A stretch of DNA of 64,000 bases from Mycolicibacterium bacteremicum (lineage in GTDB: Bacteria; Actinomycetota; Actinomycetes; Mycobacteriales; Mycobacteriaceae), in assembly GCF_943913955.1 (NCBI RefSeq), contig NZ_CALUAE010000021.1:8787-72786 (forward strand), written 5' to 3'. A program made the position numbers and the translations under genes. The number at the start of each line of letters is the position of its first letter. Positions within the stretch are counted from its first letter, which is position 1. The notes under the pieces are model-generated. The model was not told the origin of the DNA. It did not search any database and saw only the letters and a list, made by a program, of their open reading frames with translations. Shown one piece after another: positions 10,369 through 22,342 of this stretch.

Positions 10369-12351
10369 TCAGCCGCCGCGCAGTCGAATGAGCGCGGCCT
10401 GCACCCGCTGCGGGTCGGTGGTCGCCCAGAACGGTGGCAGCGAGGCACGCAGGAATCCGCCGTAGCGGGCCGTGGCCATCCGGGAATCCAGGATCGCGAC
10501 CACGCCACGGTCGTCGACGCGGCGCAGCAGCCGGCCCGCGCCCTGGGACAGCAGCAGCGCCGCGTGGCTGGCGGCCACCGCCATGAACCCGTTGCCGCCG
10601 CGGGCGGCGATGGCGCGCTGCCGGGCGGTCAGCAGCGGATCATCGGGGCGCGGGAACGGAATCCGGTCGATGATCACCAGGGACAGCGTGGGACCCGGCA
10701 CGTCGACGCCCTGCCACAGCGACAGCGTGCCGAACAGCGAGGTCTCCTCGTCGTCGGCGAACTGCTTGACCAACGCGGCAGTGGTGTCCTGGCCTTGGCA
10801 CAGCACGGGTGTGGACAGCCGCTCGGCCATCACCTCGGCGGTGGCCCTGGCCGCGCGCATCGAGGAGAACAGGCCCAGGGTGCGCCCGCCCGCCGCGGTG
10901 ATGAGCGCCTCGGTCTCGTCGAGTTGGGCGGCCGACCCGCTGCCGTCACGACCGGGCGGCGGCAGATGCTTTGCCACGTAGAGGATTCCGGACTTGGCGT
11001 GGTCGAACGGTGAACCCACGTCGAGCCCCCGCCAGGTGTCGGCCGAGTCGCCGCCGGACAGGCCCCAGGCCGCGGCCATGGCGTCGAAGCTGCCACCCAG
11101 CGTCAGCGTCGCCGAGGTGAGCACGGCGGTGGCGCGGGCAAAGAGCCTGGTGCGCAACAGACCCGACACCGACAGCGGCGCCACCCGCAGGATGGCCCGC
11201 TTGCCCGCCGCCCCGCGGGTGTTCTCCTCGTGATCCAGCCACACCACATCGACGCGGTCGGGGATGGCGGGACCGAACGAGTCCAGCATGCGGGCGGCGA
11301 TATCGCCGATCTCGGTGACCGCGGTGACGGCCTCGGTGCGTGCCGCGGCGGCCTGCGGGTCCGACGGCGTGGTGTCGATGGCCGACCGGATCACGAATGC
11401 GGCATCGCGCAGCGCGGTCAGATAGGTGGCCAGTTCGTCGTCGAGGTGGTCGATGCGGCCGGGTTCGGCGTCGTAGATGGCCGAGGCCAGGTTCGCCCCG
11501 GCCGCCTCGAAGCGCTCGACGAGTTCGTCGGCCACCAACCGGCCGATCCGCCGCTGGGCGGCGCCCAGCGCGGTGGCCGACAGCTCACCGGTGGCGACGC
11601 CGGTGACCCGGTCGGCGAGTTCGTGCGCCTCGTCGACGACCAGCAGTTCGTGTTCGGGAAGCACCGACGCGTCGGCGATGGCATCGATGGCCAGCAGCGC
11701 GTGGTTGGTCACCACGACATCGGCGGTACCCGCCTTGGCGCGTGCCTTCTCCGAGTAGCAGTCGGCGCTGTAGGGGCACCGCGACACCCCGATGCACTCG
11801 CGGGCCGACACGCTGACCTGGCTCCAGGACCGGTCCGGCACGCCCGGGGTCAGCTCGTCGCGGTCACCGGTGTCGGTGTCCGAGGCCCAGGCGGTCAACC
11901 GCTGCACATCGCGGCCCAGGGCGGTCGCGGCGACCGCGTCGAACAACTCCTCCTGCGGCAGCTCCTCGGCATCGGCGGCGCCGTTGTGGATCTTGTTCAG
12001 GCACAGATAGTTCCCGCGCCCCTTGAGCAGGGCGAAGGTGGGCTTGCGCGGTAACCGCGGGGTCAGCGCGTCGGCCAGTCGCGGCAGGTCGCGGTCGACG
12101 AGCTGGCGTTGCAGCGCGATGGTGGCGGTGGAGACCACCACGGGCTGGCCGGCCGCGACCGCGCGGGCGATCGCGGGCACCAGGTAGGCCAGCGACTTGC
12201 CGGTGCCGGTGCCGGCCTGCACGGCCAGGTGCCTGCCGGTCTCGAATGCCTCGGTGACGGCCTCGGCCATCTGCACCTGCCCGGGCCGCTGAGCACCACC
12301 GAGGGCGTCGACCGCTCCGGCCAGCAGCTCGGTGACGGGAACGTCGGTCAC
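10369..12351 (-). CDS. dinG: ATP-dependent DNA helicase DinG
   Basis: 660 aa with Walker A AGTGTGKSLAYL, a DEAH-like VVDEAHEL box and an Fe-S Cys cluster (CIGVSRCPYSADC). Occupies the Rv1329c position. Confidence 0.85.
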   Translation of the reverse strand: MTDVPVTELLAGAVDALGGAQRPGQVQMAEAVTEAFETGRHLAVQAGTGTGKSLAYLVPAIARAVAAGQPVVVSTATIALQRQLVDRDLPRLADALTPRLPRKPTFALLKGRGNYLCLNKIHNGAADAEELPQEELFDAVAATALGRDVQRLTAWASDTDTGDRDELTPGVPDRSWSQVSVSARECIGVSRCPYSADCYSEKARAKAGTADVVVTNHALLAIDAIADASVLPEHELLVVDEAHELADRVTGVATGELSATALGAAQRRIGRLVADELVERFEAAGANLASAIYDAEPGRIDHLDDELATYLTALRDAAFVIRSAIDTTPSDPQAAAARTEAVTAVTEIGDIAARMLDSFGPAIPDRVDVVWLDHEENTRGAAGKRAILRVAPLSVSGLLRTRLFARATAVLTSATLTLGGSFDAMAAAWGLSGGDSADTWRGLDVGSPFDHAKSGILYVAKHLPPPGRDGSGSAAQLDETEALITAAGGRTLGLFSSMRAARATAEVMAERLSTPVLCQGQDTTAALVKQFADDEETSLFGTLSLWQGVDVPGPTLSLVIIDRIPFPRPDDPLLTARQRAIAARGGNGFMAVAASHAALLLSQGAGRLLRRVDDRGVVAILDSRMATARYGGFLRASLPPFWATTDPQRVQAALIRLRGG

Positions 12352-13679
12352 GTCGCGGCGACCACCCGGGTGGGCACGGCCGGTTCACCCCTGGAGAGCT
12401 TCAGCCCGTCCCAGGGCAGGCTGGTCAGCCCGGCCGCCATCAGGGTGCGGGCCGCCTGCAGATCGGGCACGGCGACCGGTTCGCCGCCGCGCACCAGCGG
12501 GACACTCAACGGCCGGGCGGTCAGGCCGGGCTCGATGTCGGGCCGGTGGCCGGCGGGAAAGACGACCTCTTCGATGACGGTTCCCGACGGTTTGGCCACC
12601 CGCACCGACTCCTTGGCCCCGCCCTGGGATCCCTTCTGCGCACTGCGCTTCTGCACTGGGACGCCGTCGACCTCGACGAGCTTGTAGACCATTCCGGCGG
12701 TCGGCGCCCCGGAACCGGTGACCAGCGAGGTGCCCACGCCGTAGCTGTCCACCGGCTCGGCCCGCAACGCGGCGATGGCGAACTCGTCGAGATCACCGGA
12801 CACCACGATGCGGGTGCCGTGGGCGCCGAGGTCGTCGAGCTGGCGACGGACCTGGCCGGCGAGCACCCCGAGGTCACCGGAGTCGATGCGCACCGCGCCC
12901 AGCTCGGGTCCGGCGACCGCGATGGCGTTGGCCACCCCGGCGGTGATGTCGTAGGTGTCCACCAGCAGGGTGGTCCCCACGCCGAGCGCGTCGACCTGCG
13001 CGGCGAAGGCCGTGCGCTCGGACCGGTCCTGCGCGGCGCGGTCCGCGGTGCCGCCCGGTCCGGTGTGCAGCAGCGTGAAGGCATGGGCGCTGGTGCCCAG
13101 GGCGGGCACGCCGTGGCGGTGTTGGGCGGCCAGGTTCGAGCTGCCGTCGAAGCCGGCGATCCAGGCGGCGCGGGCCGCGGCGACGGCGGCCTGCTCGTGG
13201 GTGCGCCGCGAACCCATCTCGATGAGCTGGCGACCGCTCGCCGCCGAGACCATCCGGGCCGCGGCGGAGGCGATCGCACAGTCGTGGTTGAGCACCGAGA
13301 GTGCCAGCGTCTCCAGGATGACGCACTCGGCGAAGCTGCCGCGCACCGAGAGCACCGGCGAGTTGGGGAAGTACAGCTCACCCTCGGGGTAGCCGTCGAT
13401 ATCCCCGCTGAACCGGAAGCCCGCCAGGAACCCGCGGGTGTCCGCATCGAGGAAGTCCGCGACGGTCGCCAGGGCGTCCTCGTCGAACGTGAAGTGCGCC
13501 AGCGCATCCACGAAGCGCCCGGTACCGGCGACCACCCCGTAGCGGCGGCCGTCGGGCAGCCGGCGGGCGAACACCTCGAAGGTGCAGCGGCGCTGCGCCG
13601 ACCCGTCGCGCAGCGCCGCGGCGAGCATGGTCAGCTCGTACTTGTCGGTCAGCAGCGCGGTGCTCACGGGGTCGTTCAC
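12348..13679 (-). CDS. pncB: nicotinate phosphoribosyltransferase PncB
   Basis: 443 aa. The N-terminus [10 protein letters not shown] is typical of NAPRTase. Occupies the Rv1330c position and overlaps the dinG start by 4 nt. Confidence 0.85.
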   Translation of the reverse strand: MNDPVSTALLTDKYELTMLAAALRDGSAQRRCTFEVFARRLPDGRRYGVVAGTGRFVDALAHFTFDEDALATVADFLDADTRGFLAGFRFSGDIDGYPEGELYFPNSPVLSVRGSFAECVILETLALSVLNHDCAIASAAARMVSAASGRQLIEMGSRRTHEQAAVAAARAAWIAGFDGSSNLAAQHRHGVPALGTSAHAFTLLHTGPGGTADRAAQDRSERTAFAAQVDALGVGTTLLVDTYDITAGVANAIAVAGPELGAVRIDSGDLGVLAGQVRRQLDDLGAHGTRIVVSGDLDEFAIAALRAEPVDSYGVGTSLVTGSGAPTAGMVYKLVEVDGVPVQKRSAQKGSQGGAKESVRVAKPSGTVIEEVVFPAGHRPDIEPGLTARPLSVPLVRGGEPVAVPDLQAARTLMAAGLTSLPWDGLKLSRGEPAVPTRVVAAT

Positions 13680-13744
13680 GTCCCCAACCGTATCGGTCCG
13701 GTTCCGATTCGGGCGCGAAGTCGCACCCCGGTAGTCTGTCGGGC

Positions 13745-14047
13745 ATGGTTACCCCAGCGCGGACTCGGCCGGGTACCCGTGAGGACGAGGCCACCGAGAG
13801 TCGCGATGCGACCGACAGCCCCTGGGTGACGATCGTGTGGGACGACCCGGTGAACCTGATGTCCTATGTGACCTATGTGTTCCAGAAGCTGTTCGGCTAC
13901 TCCGAACCGCACGCCACCAAGCTGATGATGCAGGTGCACACCGAGGGCAAGGCCGTGGTGTCCGCGGGCAGCCGGGAGTCGATGGAGGTCGACGTCACCA
14001 AGCTGCACTCGGCGGGGCTGTGGGCGACCATGCAGCAGGACCGCTGA
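13745..14047 (+). CDS. clpS: ATP-dependent Clp protease adaptor ClpS
   Basis: 100 aa with [26 protein letters not shown], the canonical ClpS core. Confidence 0.9.
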   Translation: MVTPARTRPGTREDEATESRDATDSPWVTIVWDDPVNLMSYVTYVFQKLFGYSEPHATKLMMQVHTEGKAVVSAGSRESMEVDVTKLHSAGLWATMQQDR

Positions 14048-14050
14048 CAC

Positions 14051-14635
14051 GTGCGCAAATGGAAACGTGTCGAGGGCGCCGACGGCCCGCGATTCCGGTC
14101 CTCGCTGGCCGCGCACGAGGCGGACCTGCTGCGTAATCTGGTCAGCTCGCTGACAGGGATGCTCGAGGACCGCGAATCTGCCGCTCCGACCGATGAACTC
14201 AGTGAACTCACCGGCATCCGGACCGGCCATTCGGCACCGCCCGAGGACGAGACGATGAAGCGGTTGTTGCCCGACTTCTACCGGGCCCGCACCGAGCACC
14301 CGGCGGGCTCGTCGGCCGCCGACAGTCTCAACAGCGCACTGCGCAGCCTGCACGAACCGGCCATCATCGACGCGAAACGCCAAGCTGCGCAGCGTCTTCT
14401 GGACACGCTGCCCGACGGCGGCGGGAAGTTCGAGCTGTCCGAGGACGATGCGCAGGCGTGGGCGTCGTCGGTCAACGATGTGCGGCTGGCGTTGGGCACC
14501 ATGCTGGAGATCGGTCCCGGCGGGCTGGACCAGCTGCCGGTCGGCCACCCGATGGCCGGTCACCTGGACGTCTACCAGTGGCTGACCGTGCTGCAGGAGT
14601 ACCTCGTGCTGGGCCTGCTGGGGCAGAACCGATGA
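14051..14635 (+). CDS. DUF2017 domain protein (Rv1332 homolog)
   Basis: 194 aa. Conserved partner immediately downstream of clpS in mycobacteria. Confidence 0.6.
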   Translation: MRKWKRVEGADGPRFRSSLAAHEADLLRNLVSSLTGMLEDRESAAPTDELSELTGIRTGHSAPPEDETMKRLLPDFYRARTEHPAGSSAADSLNSALRSLHEPAIIDAKRQAAQRLLDTLPDGGGKFELSEDDAQAWASSVNDVRLALGTMLEIGPGGLDQLPVGHPMAGHLDVYQWLTVLQEYLVLGLLGQNR

Positions 14636-15693
14636 CCGACGTCGGCGCCATCACCGATGTCGCCGGTATCCGCGTCGGGCATCATCACCGCATCGACGAC
14701 GATGTCACCCTCGGCTCGGGCTGGGCAGCGGGCAGCACCGTCGTACTGGCCCCGGCGGGCACCGTCGGCGCGGTCGACTGCCGCGGCGGCGCGCCGGGCA
14801 GCCGCGAGACCGATCTGCTCGATCCCGCCAACAGCGTGCGCCATGTGGATGCGGTGCTGCTCACCGGTGGGAGTGCCTACGGACTGGCCGCGGCCGACGG
14901 CGTGATGACCTGGCTGGAGGAGCAGGGCCGCGGTGTCGCGATGGACGGCGGGGAGGTACCGATCGTTCCGGGTGCGGTCATCTTCGATCTGCCGGTGGGC
15001 GGCTGGGGTTGCCGGCCGACCGCCGAGTTCGGTTATGCCGCCGTGCAATCCGCGGCGGACTCCGGTGACAGGGTCGCGGTCGGCAACGTCGGCGCCGGCG
15101 CGGGTGCGCGCGCCGGCGTGCTCAAGGGCGGGCTGGGCACCGCCTCGATCCGGCTGCCCGAGCTGGGGGTCACCGTGGGCGCCGTCGTCGCGGTCAACTC
15201 CGGGGGCAATGTCATCGACCCGGCCACCGGCCTGCCGTGGATGGCCGACCTGATCACCCGGTTCGGCCTGAGCGCCCCACCGGCCGAGCAGATCGCCGAG
15301 TTCGCGGCGCTGGACAAGAAGAGCGGCCCGCTGAACACCACCATCGCCGTCGTCGCCACCGATGCCGCGGTGAGTCCGGCGGGCTGCCGACGCATCGCGA
15401 TCGCCGCCCAGGACGGTTTGGCACATGCCATCCGGCCCGCCCACACCCCGGTCGACGGTGACACCGTCTTCGCGCTGGCCACCGGCGCGGTGCAGGTGGC
15501 GCCGTCGGAGAAGGTGCCCACCGCGATGTCGCCGGAGACCGCACTGGTGACCGCGCTCGGTGCCGCCGCGGCCGACTGCCTGGCCCGCGCGGTCCTGGTC
15601 GGAGTGCTGGCCGCCGAGTCGGTCGCCGGAATACCTACCTATCGTGACCTGTTGCCCGGAGCGTTCGCATCTGCAAGAGAGACGGAGTCCTGA
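14632..15693 (+). CDS. peptidase S58 DmpA/L-aminopeptidase family hydrolase (Rv1333-like)
   Basis: ATG at 14632 overlaps the preceding stop (ATGA). Gly-rich DmpA/ArgJ-like fold motifs are present (GIRVGHH, AVLLTGGSAYGL, NVGAGAGA). The track ORF 14458..15693 extends spuriously upstream. Confidence 0.7.
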   Translation: MTDVGAITDVAGIRVGHHHRIDDDVTLGSGWAAGSTVVLAPAGTVGAVDCRGGAPGSRETDLLDPANSVRHVDAVLLTGGSAYGLAAADGVMTWLEEQGRGVAMDGGEVPIVPGAVIFDLPVGGWGCRPTAEFGYAAVQSAADSGDRVAVGNVGAGAGARAGVLKGGLGTASIRLPELGVTVGAVVAVNSGGNVIDPATGLPWMADLITRFGLSAPPAEQIAEFAALDKKSGPLNTTIAVVATDAAVSPAGCRRIAIAAQDGLAHAIRPAHTPVDGDTVFALATGAVQVAPSEKVPTAMSPETALVTALGAAAADCLARAVLVGVLAAESVAGIPTYRDLLPGAFASARETES

Positions 15694-15694
15694 C

Positions 15695-17378
<1,684 letters not shown>

Positions 17379-17388
17379 GGCATCGGCG

Positions 17389-18048
17389 ATGAACCACCCC
17401 GTCACACCCGAGTCGAAGCAGAAGCCGGCGTGGGTGGTCGGCGGCATCACCATCGTCGGTTTCGTGGCGCTGCTCTACGTCATGGAGATCGTCGACACCG
17501 TCCTGGGGCACCGTCTCGACCAGGATGGCATCCGCCCGCTGGAGACCGACGGGCTGTGGGGAATCCTGTGGGCGCCGCTGCTGCACGGCGGGTGGCCGCA
17601 CCTGATCGCCAACACCGTGCCCGCCCTGGTGCTCGGCTTCCTGATGACGTTGGCCGGGATGGGGCGATTCCTCGGCGCCACCGCGATCATCTGGCTGCTC
17701 GGCGGGTTCGGCACCTGGCTGATCGGCAACATCGGCGCGCACTGCCCCTATGTGGGCGTGCAGTGCACCACCAACCACATCGGGGCCTCGGGACTGATCT
17801 TCGGCTGGCTGACCTTCCTGATCGTGTTCGGGTTCTTCACCCGAACCGCCTGGGAGATCGTGGTGGGGGTCATCGTCGCCCTGGTCTACGGCGGCATCCT
17901 GTTCGGCGTGCTGCCCGGAGCGCCGGGCGTCTCGTGGCAGGGTCACCTGTCCGGCGCGATCGCCGGGTTGATCGCGGCGTATGTGCTGTCCGGTCCGGAG
18001 CGCAAGGCCCGCGAACGGCGCACCAGCCCGCCCGCGCTGCGCTACTGA
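17389..18048 (+). CDS. rhomboid-family intramembrane protease
   Basis: Six predicted TM helices. The GASG catalytic serine motif (GASGLIFGW) and a later His (GHLSGAIAG) are present. Occupies the Rv1337 position. Confidence 0.75.
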   Translation: MNHPVTPESKQKPAWVVGGITIVGFVALLYVMEIVDTVLGHRLDQDGIRPLETDGLWGILWAPLLHGGWPHLIANTVPALVLGFLMTLAGMGRFLGATAIIWLLGGFGTWLIGNIGAHCPYVGVQCTTNHIGASGLIFGWLTFLIVFGFFTRTAWEIVVGVIVALVYGGILFGVLPGAPGVSWQGHLSGAIAGLIAAYVLSGPERKARERRTSPPALRY

Positions 18049-18155
18049 GCGCCGTGTGCTGTTGTGACGTCGACCCAGCGGGGTGGCGCCATGCCGTCTG
18101 CGCCGCGCCGGCGCGGATGCGGGGCGCGCGTCACGGTGCGGACACAAAATGAAAC

Positions 18156-18983
18156 TTGTCGCTCAATGCGGTCATGCTTTCGTCGCTGTGCTGGCGGACG
18201 TGGCAAGCTAGTGATGTGCGAATCACCGTACTGGGATGTTCCGGCAGTGTTGTCGGCCCCGATTCGCCCGCGTCCGGATATCTGCTGACCGAGCCCGACA
18301 CCGTGCCGATGGTCCTGGACTTCGGCGGCGGGGTGCTCGGCGCGCTGCAACGCCACGCCGACCCCGGCTCGGTCAACGTGCTGCTCTCGCACCTGCACGC
18401 CGATCACTGTCTGGATCTGCCCGGCCTGTTCGTCTGGCGCCGGTATCACCCGAACCCGCCCGAGGGCCGCGCCATGCTGTTCGGTCCGACGCACACCTGG
18501 GAACGGCTGGGCGCCGCGTCGTCGCCGGAGGGCGGCGAGATCGACGATGTCACCGACATCTTCGACATCCAGCCCTGGGTCGACGGACAGGCGGTGCGCC
18601 TGGGCGCGCTGACCGTCGAGCCCCGGCTCGTGTGCCACCCGACCGAGTCCTACGGCATGCGCTTCACCGACCGCGACGGCGTGACGTTCGCCTACAGCGG
18701 GGACACCGGGATCTGTGATGCGGTGGTCGAATTGGCCCGCGGTGTCGACGTGTTCCTGTGCGAGGCCTCCTGGACGCACTCGCCGGAACGCCCGCCGAAC
18801 CTGCATCTGTCCGGTACCGAGGCCGGTCAGATCGCGGCGCGCGCCGGTGTCGGCGAACTGCTGCTGACCCATATCCCGCCGTGGACCTCGCGCGAGGACG
18901 TCATCAGTGAGGCCAAGGCGGAATTCGACGGTCCGGTGCACGCGGTGGTGTGCGGCGAGACCATCGATGTGACCCGCCACTGA
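18156..18983 (+). CDS. MBL-fold metallo-hydrolase (Rv1339 homolog)
   Basis: Contains HLHADHCLD (the HxHxDH motif) and matches Rv1339 along its length. The start is uncertain (ATG 18156 or GTG 18225). Confidence 0.75.
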   Translation: MSLNAVMLSSLCWRTWQASDVRITVLGCSGSVVGPDSPASGYLLTEPDTVPMVLDFGGGVLGALQRHADPGSVNVLLSHLHADHCLDLPGLFVWRRYHPNPPEGRAMLFGPTHTWERLGAASSPEGGEIDDVTDIFDIQPWVDGQAVRLGALTVEPRLVCHPTESYGMRFTDRDGVTFAYSGDTGICDAVVELARGVDVFLCEASWTHSPERPPNLHLSGTEAGQIAARAGVGELLLTHIPPWTSREDVISEAKAEFDGPVHAVVCGETIDVTRH

Positions 18984-19017
18984 GTTGGCTGTCGGGTTAC
19001 CGCGTTAGGGTTGGCCG

Positions 19018-19800
19018 GTGTCCAGACGAGAAGACGGCCGGCTTGACGACGAGCTGAGGCCAGTGGTCATCACCCGCGGATTCACCTCCCATCCCGCGGG
19101 TTCGGTCCTGGTGGAATTCGGCCAGACCCGGGTCATGTGCACCGCCTCGGTCACCGAGGGCGTGCCGCGCTGGCGTAAGGGGAGCGGTCAGGGGTGGCTC
19201 ACCGCCGAGTACGCGATGCTGCCGGCGGCCACCCACGAGCGCTCCGGGCGGGAGTCGGTCAAGGGCAAGGTGGGCGGACGCACCCAGGAGATCAGCCGAC
19301 TGGTCGGGCGCTCGCTGCGGGCGTGCATCGACCTCGGCGCGCTGGGGGAGAACACCATCGCCGTCGACTGCGATGTGCTGCAGGCCGACGGTGGCACCCG
19401 CACCGCCGCGATCACCGGCGCCTATGTCGCGCTGGCCGATGCCGTGACGTACCTGGCTGCGGCCGGCAAGCTCTCGGATCCGCGGCCGCTGTCCTGCGCC
19501 ATTGCCGCGGTGTCGGTCGGCGTGGTCGACGGCCGGGTGCGCCTGGACCTGCCTTACACCGAGGACTCCCGTGCCGAGGTCGACATGAACGTCGTCGCCA
19601 CCGACACCGGCACCCTGGTCGAGATCCAGGGCACCGGCGAGGGCGCCACGTTCCCGCGGTCGACGCTGGACAAGATGCTCGATGCCGCGCTGGCCGGTTG
19701 CGAGGAACTGTTCGCGATCCAGCGGGCGGCACTCGAGCTGCCGTATCCGGGCGTCCTGCCCGAGCCCACCGGGCCGGCCAAGAAGGCGTTCGGAAGCTGA
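19018..19800 (+). CDS. rph: ribonuclease PH
   Basis: 260 aa with the RNase PH signature region ([27 protein letters not shown]). Confidence 0.9.
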   Translation: MSRREDGRLDDELRPVVITRGFTSHPAGSVLVEFGQTRVMCTASVTEGVPRWRKGSGQGWLTAEYAMLPAATHERSGRESVKGKVGGRTQEISRLVGRSLRACIDLGALGENTIAVDCDVLQADGGTRTAAITGAYVALADAVTYLAAAGKLSDPRPLSCAIAAVSVGVVDGRVRLDLPYTEDSRAEVDMNVVATDTGTLVEIQGTGEGATFPRSTLDKMLDAALAGCEELFAIQRAALELPYPGVLPEPTGPAKKAFGS

Positions 19801-20396
19801 CCCGGTTACTGGTTGCCTCGCGCAACGCCAAGAAGCTGGCCGAGCTGCGCCGGGTGCTCGACGCGGCCGGAGTCTCCGGGCTGGAGCTGCTGTCGCTGAC
19901 GGATGTCCCCGAGTTCCCGGAGGCACCCGAGACGGGTGCCACCTTCGAGGAGAACGCGTTGGCCAAGGCGCGTGATGCCTTCGCCGCGACCGGATTGCCG
20001 TCGGTGGCCGACGATTCCGGGTTGGCCGTCGACGCGCTGAACGGGATGCCCGGGGTGCTGTCGGCGCGGTGGGCCGGTGCGCACGGCGATGACGAGGCGA
20101 ACCTGCACCTCCTGCTCGGGCAGTTGCGCGATGTCCCCGACGACCGGCGCGGTGCCGCCTTCGTGTCCGCGTGTGCGCTCGTCTCCGCGGCAGGGGAGAC
20201 CGTCGTGCGCGGCGAGTGGGCGGGCACGATCGCGCGGGCGCCGCGCGGGGAGGGCGGCTTCGGCTACGACCCGATCTTCGTGCCGACCGGATCGTCGCGG
20301 TCGGCGGCGGAGTTGTCGCCGGCGGAGAAGGATGCCGCCTCGCACCGCGGCCGGGCGCTCACGCTGCTGCTGCCCGCACTGCGCACGCTGGTCTGA
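19797..20396 (+). CDS. rdgB: dITP/XTP pyrophosphatase RdgB (Ham1 family); start codon uncertain
   Basis: [18 protein letters not shown] ... SHRGRA matches Rv1341. No ATG or GTG lies near the expected N-terminus; the frame reads ..[12 protein letters not shown] with CTG at 19797. Confidence 0.75.
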   Translation: MTRLLVASRNAKKLAELRRVLDAAGVSGLELLSLTDVPEFPEAPETGATFEENALAKARDAFAATGLPSVADDSGLAVDALNGMPGVLSARWAGAHGDDEANLHLLLGQLRDVPDDRRGAAFVSACALVSAAGETVVRGEWAGTIARAPRGEGGFGYDPIFVPTGSSRSAAELSPAEKDAASHRGRALTLLLPALRTLV

Positions 20397-20437
20397 ATCC
20401 CCCCCCGGGACTCTCGCGCACTTCCGCGGGCTGCCCC

Positions 20438-20499
20438 GGCGAAACACGCGTACCGGGGGTCATTCCGCGGGCCCGAACCCCGGGTACGCGAGTTTCGCC
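20438..20499. repeat. REP-like palindromic element, copy 2 (GGCGAAACACGCGTACCGGGGGTC ... CCCCGGGTACGCGAGTTTCGCC)
   Basis: Shares the arm sequence with copy 1 at 7041-7102. Intergenic between rdgB and the MFS transporter, and flanked by C7/G5 runs. Confidence 0.75.
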
Positions 20500-20553
20500 C
20501 GGGGGTGAGGCGAGAGCGTGCGCCGGAATTTTGCATAGCGCAACTAACGTGTA

Positions 20554-22041
20554 ATGCTCGCGGGCGTGGTTTCCCCCGTTCAGCGGCGGCCGTCCCGGCG
20601 AGTCTCGGCGGCCCACCCCGGTGTGCTCATCGCCGTGCTGTGCGCTGCCGGAATCAGCGTCTCCCTGATGCAGACCTTGATGATCCCGCTGATCCCGGAA
20701 CTGCCAAAGCTGCTCGACGCCAGCGTTTCTGACGCATCCTGGGCGATCACCTCGACCCTGCTGACGGCCGCCGTCGCCACTCCGGTGTTCGGCAGGCTCG
20801 GCGACCTGTACGGCCCGAAACCCATCCTGATCGTGTGCGCGGTGGTGCTGATCGCCGGCTCGTCGATCGCGGCCGCGAGCTCGACGCTGATCCCGTTCGT
20901 CATCGGCCGCGGCATGCAGGGTGTGGGCATCCCGATCATCCCGCTGGGCATCAGCGTGCTGCGCGCATCGGTTCCCGCCGAGCGGGTGGGTGGTGCGATG
21001 GGACTGATGAGCTCCTCGCTGGGGGTGGGCGGCGCGCTCGGTCTGCCGTTGTCGGCGGCGATCGCCCAGCAGTTCTCCTGGCACGCGCTGTTCTGGTTCG
21101 CCGCGGGCCTCGGTGTGGTGCTGCTGATGCTGTTCGTCGTGCTGGTGCCGGCGGTCCCGGCCAGCTCGGCCGACCGGCTCGACCCGCTGGGGGCAGTACT
21201 GCTGGCCGGCGGGTTGGTGACCCTGCTGCTCGGCATCACCAAGGGCCGCGACTGGGGCTGGACATCCGGGCTGACCATCGGGATGTTCGCCTCCTCGGTG
21301 GCGGTCTTCGCCGTCTTCGTCGTCTGGCAACTGCGCTTCGACTCGCCGATCGTGGATCTGCGCACCTCGGCGCGGCCACCCGTGCTGATCACCAACATCG
21401 CCTCGGTGGGCGTCGGCTTCGCGATGTTCGCGCTGTCGCTGATCGCCCCGCAGGTGCTCGAACTGCCCGTCGAGACGGGTTACGGGCTGGGCATGTCGAT
21501 GCTGGAGGCCGGGCTGTGGATGGCTCCGGGCGGCCTGGCCATGATGGTGATGGCCCCGATCGCGGCGCGGGTGGCCGCAGCGCGCGGACCGCGTTTCACG
21601 TTGTTCGTCGGCTGCCTGGTGATCGCCGGGTCGTATCTGGCCGGGTTGTGGCTGCTGGGTGGCGGCCCGCAGGTGCTGATCTTCAACGTGCTGGTCAGCA
21701 TTGGGGTCGGCTTCGCCTATGCCTCGATGCCGGCGCTGATCAATGCCGCGGTCCCGATGTCGGAGACGGCCGCGGCCAACGGACTCAACGCGCTGGCCCG
21801 GTCGCTGGGCACGTCGATCTCCAGCGCGGTGATCGGCGCGATCTTGGCGGGGATGACGATGACGGCCGGCGGGCAGGAGGTGCCGACGCTGGACGGGTTC
21901 CGGGTGGCGTTGATCGTTGCCGCCGGGGTGGCCGCGGCATCGGCGGTCGGGGCATTGCTGATCCCGGCCGTGCGGCCGACCGAGGCGGTTACAGACCGAA
22001 ACGCTTCTTCACGTCTTGAGTCTGGAAGTGCTCGACGATGA
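20554..22041 (+). CDS. MFS transporter (drug:H+ antiporter-like, 14 TM)
   Basis: 495 aa, highly hydrophobic. Contains the MFS motif A region GRLGDLYGPKP. Confidence 0.75.
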   Translation: MLAGVVSPVQRRPSRRVSAAHPGVLIAVLCAAGISVSLMQTLMIPLIPELPKLLDASVSDASWAITSTLLTAAVATPVFGRLGDLYGPKPILIVCAVVLIAGSSIAAASSTLIPFVIGRGMQGVGIPIIPLGISVLRASVPAERVGGAMGLMSSSLGVGGALGLPLSAAIAQQFSWHALFWFAAGLGVVLLMLFVVLVPAVPASSADRLDPLGAVLLAGGLVTLLLGITKGRDWGWTSGLTIGMFASSVAVFAVFVVWQLRFDSPIVDLRTSARPPVLITNIASVGVGFAMFALSLIAPQVLELPVETGYGLGMSMLEAGLWMAPGGLAMMVMAPIAARVAAARGPRFTLFVGCLVIAGSYLAGLWLLGGGPQVLIFNVLVSIGVGFAYASMPALINAAVPMSETAAANGLNALARSLGTSISSAVIGAILAGMTMTAGGQEVPTLDGFRVALIVAAGVAAASAVGALLIPAVRPTEAVTDRNASSRLESGSARR

Positions 22042-22342
22042 GTCCGAGCACGGGCACGGTGCCCGAGATCAGGGTGCCGAGCGTGCGGCCGAGTGGCCAG
22101 CGGACCTTGACGGCCAGGTTCGCCGTGGCGATCAGGTAGGCGAAGTACACCCAGCCGTGCACGACGGCGATCCAGCTCAACGAATCGTCGTTGAAGACGT
22201 ACTTCATCACCATCTCGTAGCACAGCGCGATGAGCCAGAGACCGGTCGCCCAGGCCAGCACGCGGTAGCTGGCCAGTGCCTTCTGGATGGAAGCCAGCGG
22301 AACCACCGGGGTCTGGGTTTCCTGGCCTTCGGGTGTGCTCAT
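21989..22342 (-). CDS. DUF3817 membrane protein (Rv1342c-like)
   Basis: 117 aa with three or four TM helices. Convergent with the MFS gene and overlaps it. Confidence 0.6.
   Translation of the reverse strand: MSTPEGQETQTPVVPLASIQKALASYRVLAWATGLWLIALCYEMVMKYVFNDDSLSWIAVVHGWVYFAYLIATANLAVKVRWPLGRTLGTLISGTVPVLGLIVEHFQTQDVKKRFGL

Noticed and set aside
18042-18980. 312-aa minus-strand ORF considered as a candidate for the missing murI
   Set aside because: Translation shows no MurI motifs and is Arg/Gly/Asp-rich low complexity. The sense-strand ORF matches the Rv1339 MBL hydrolase along its whole length, including HLHADHCLD.
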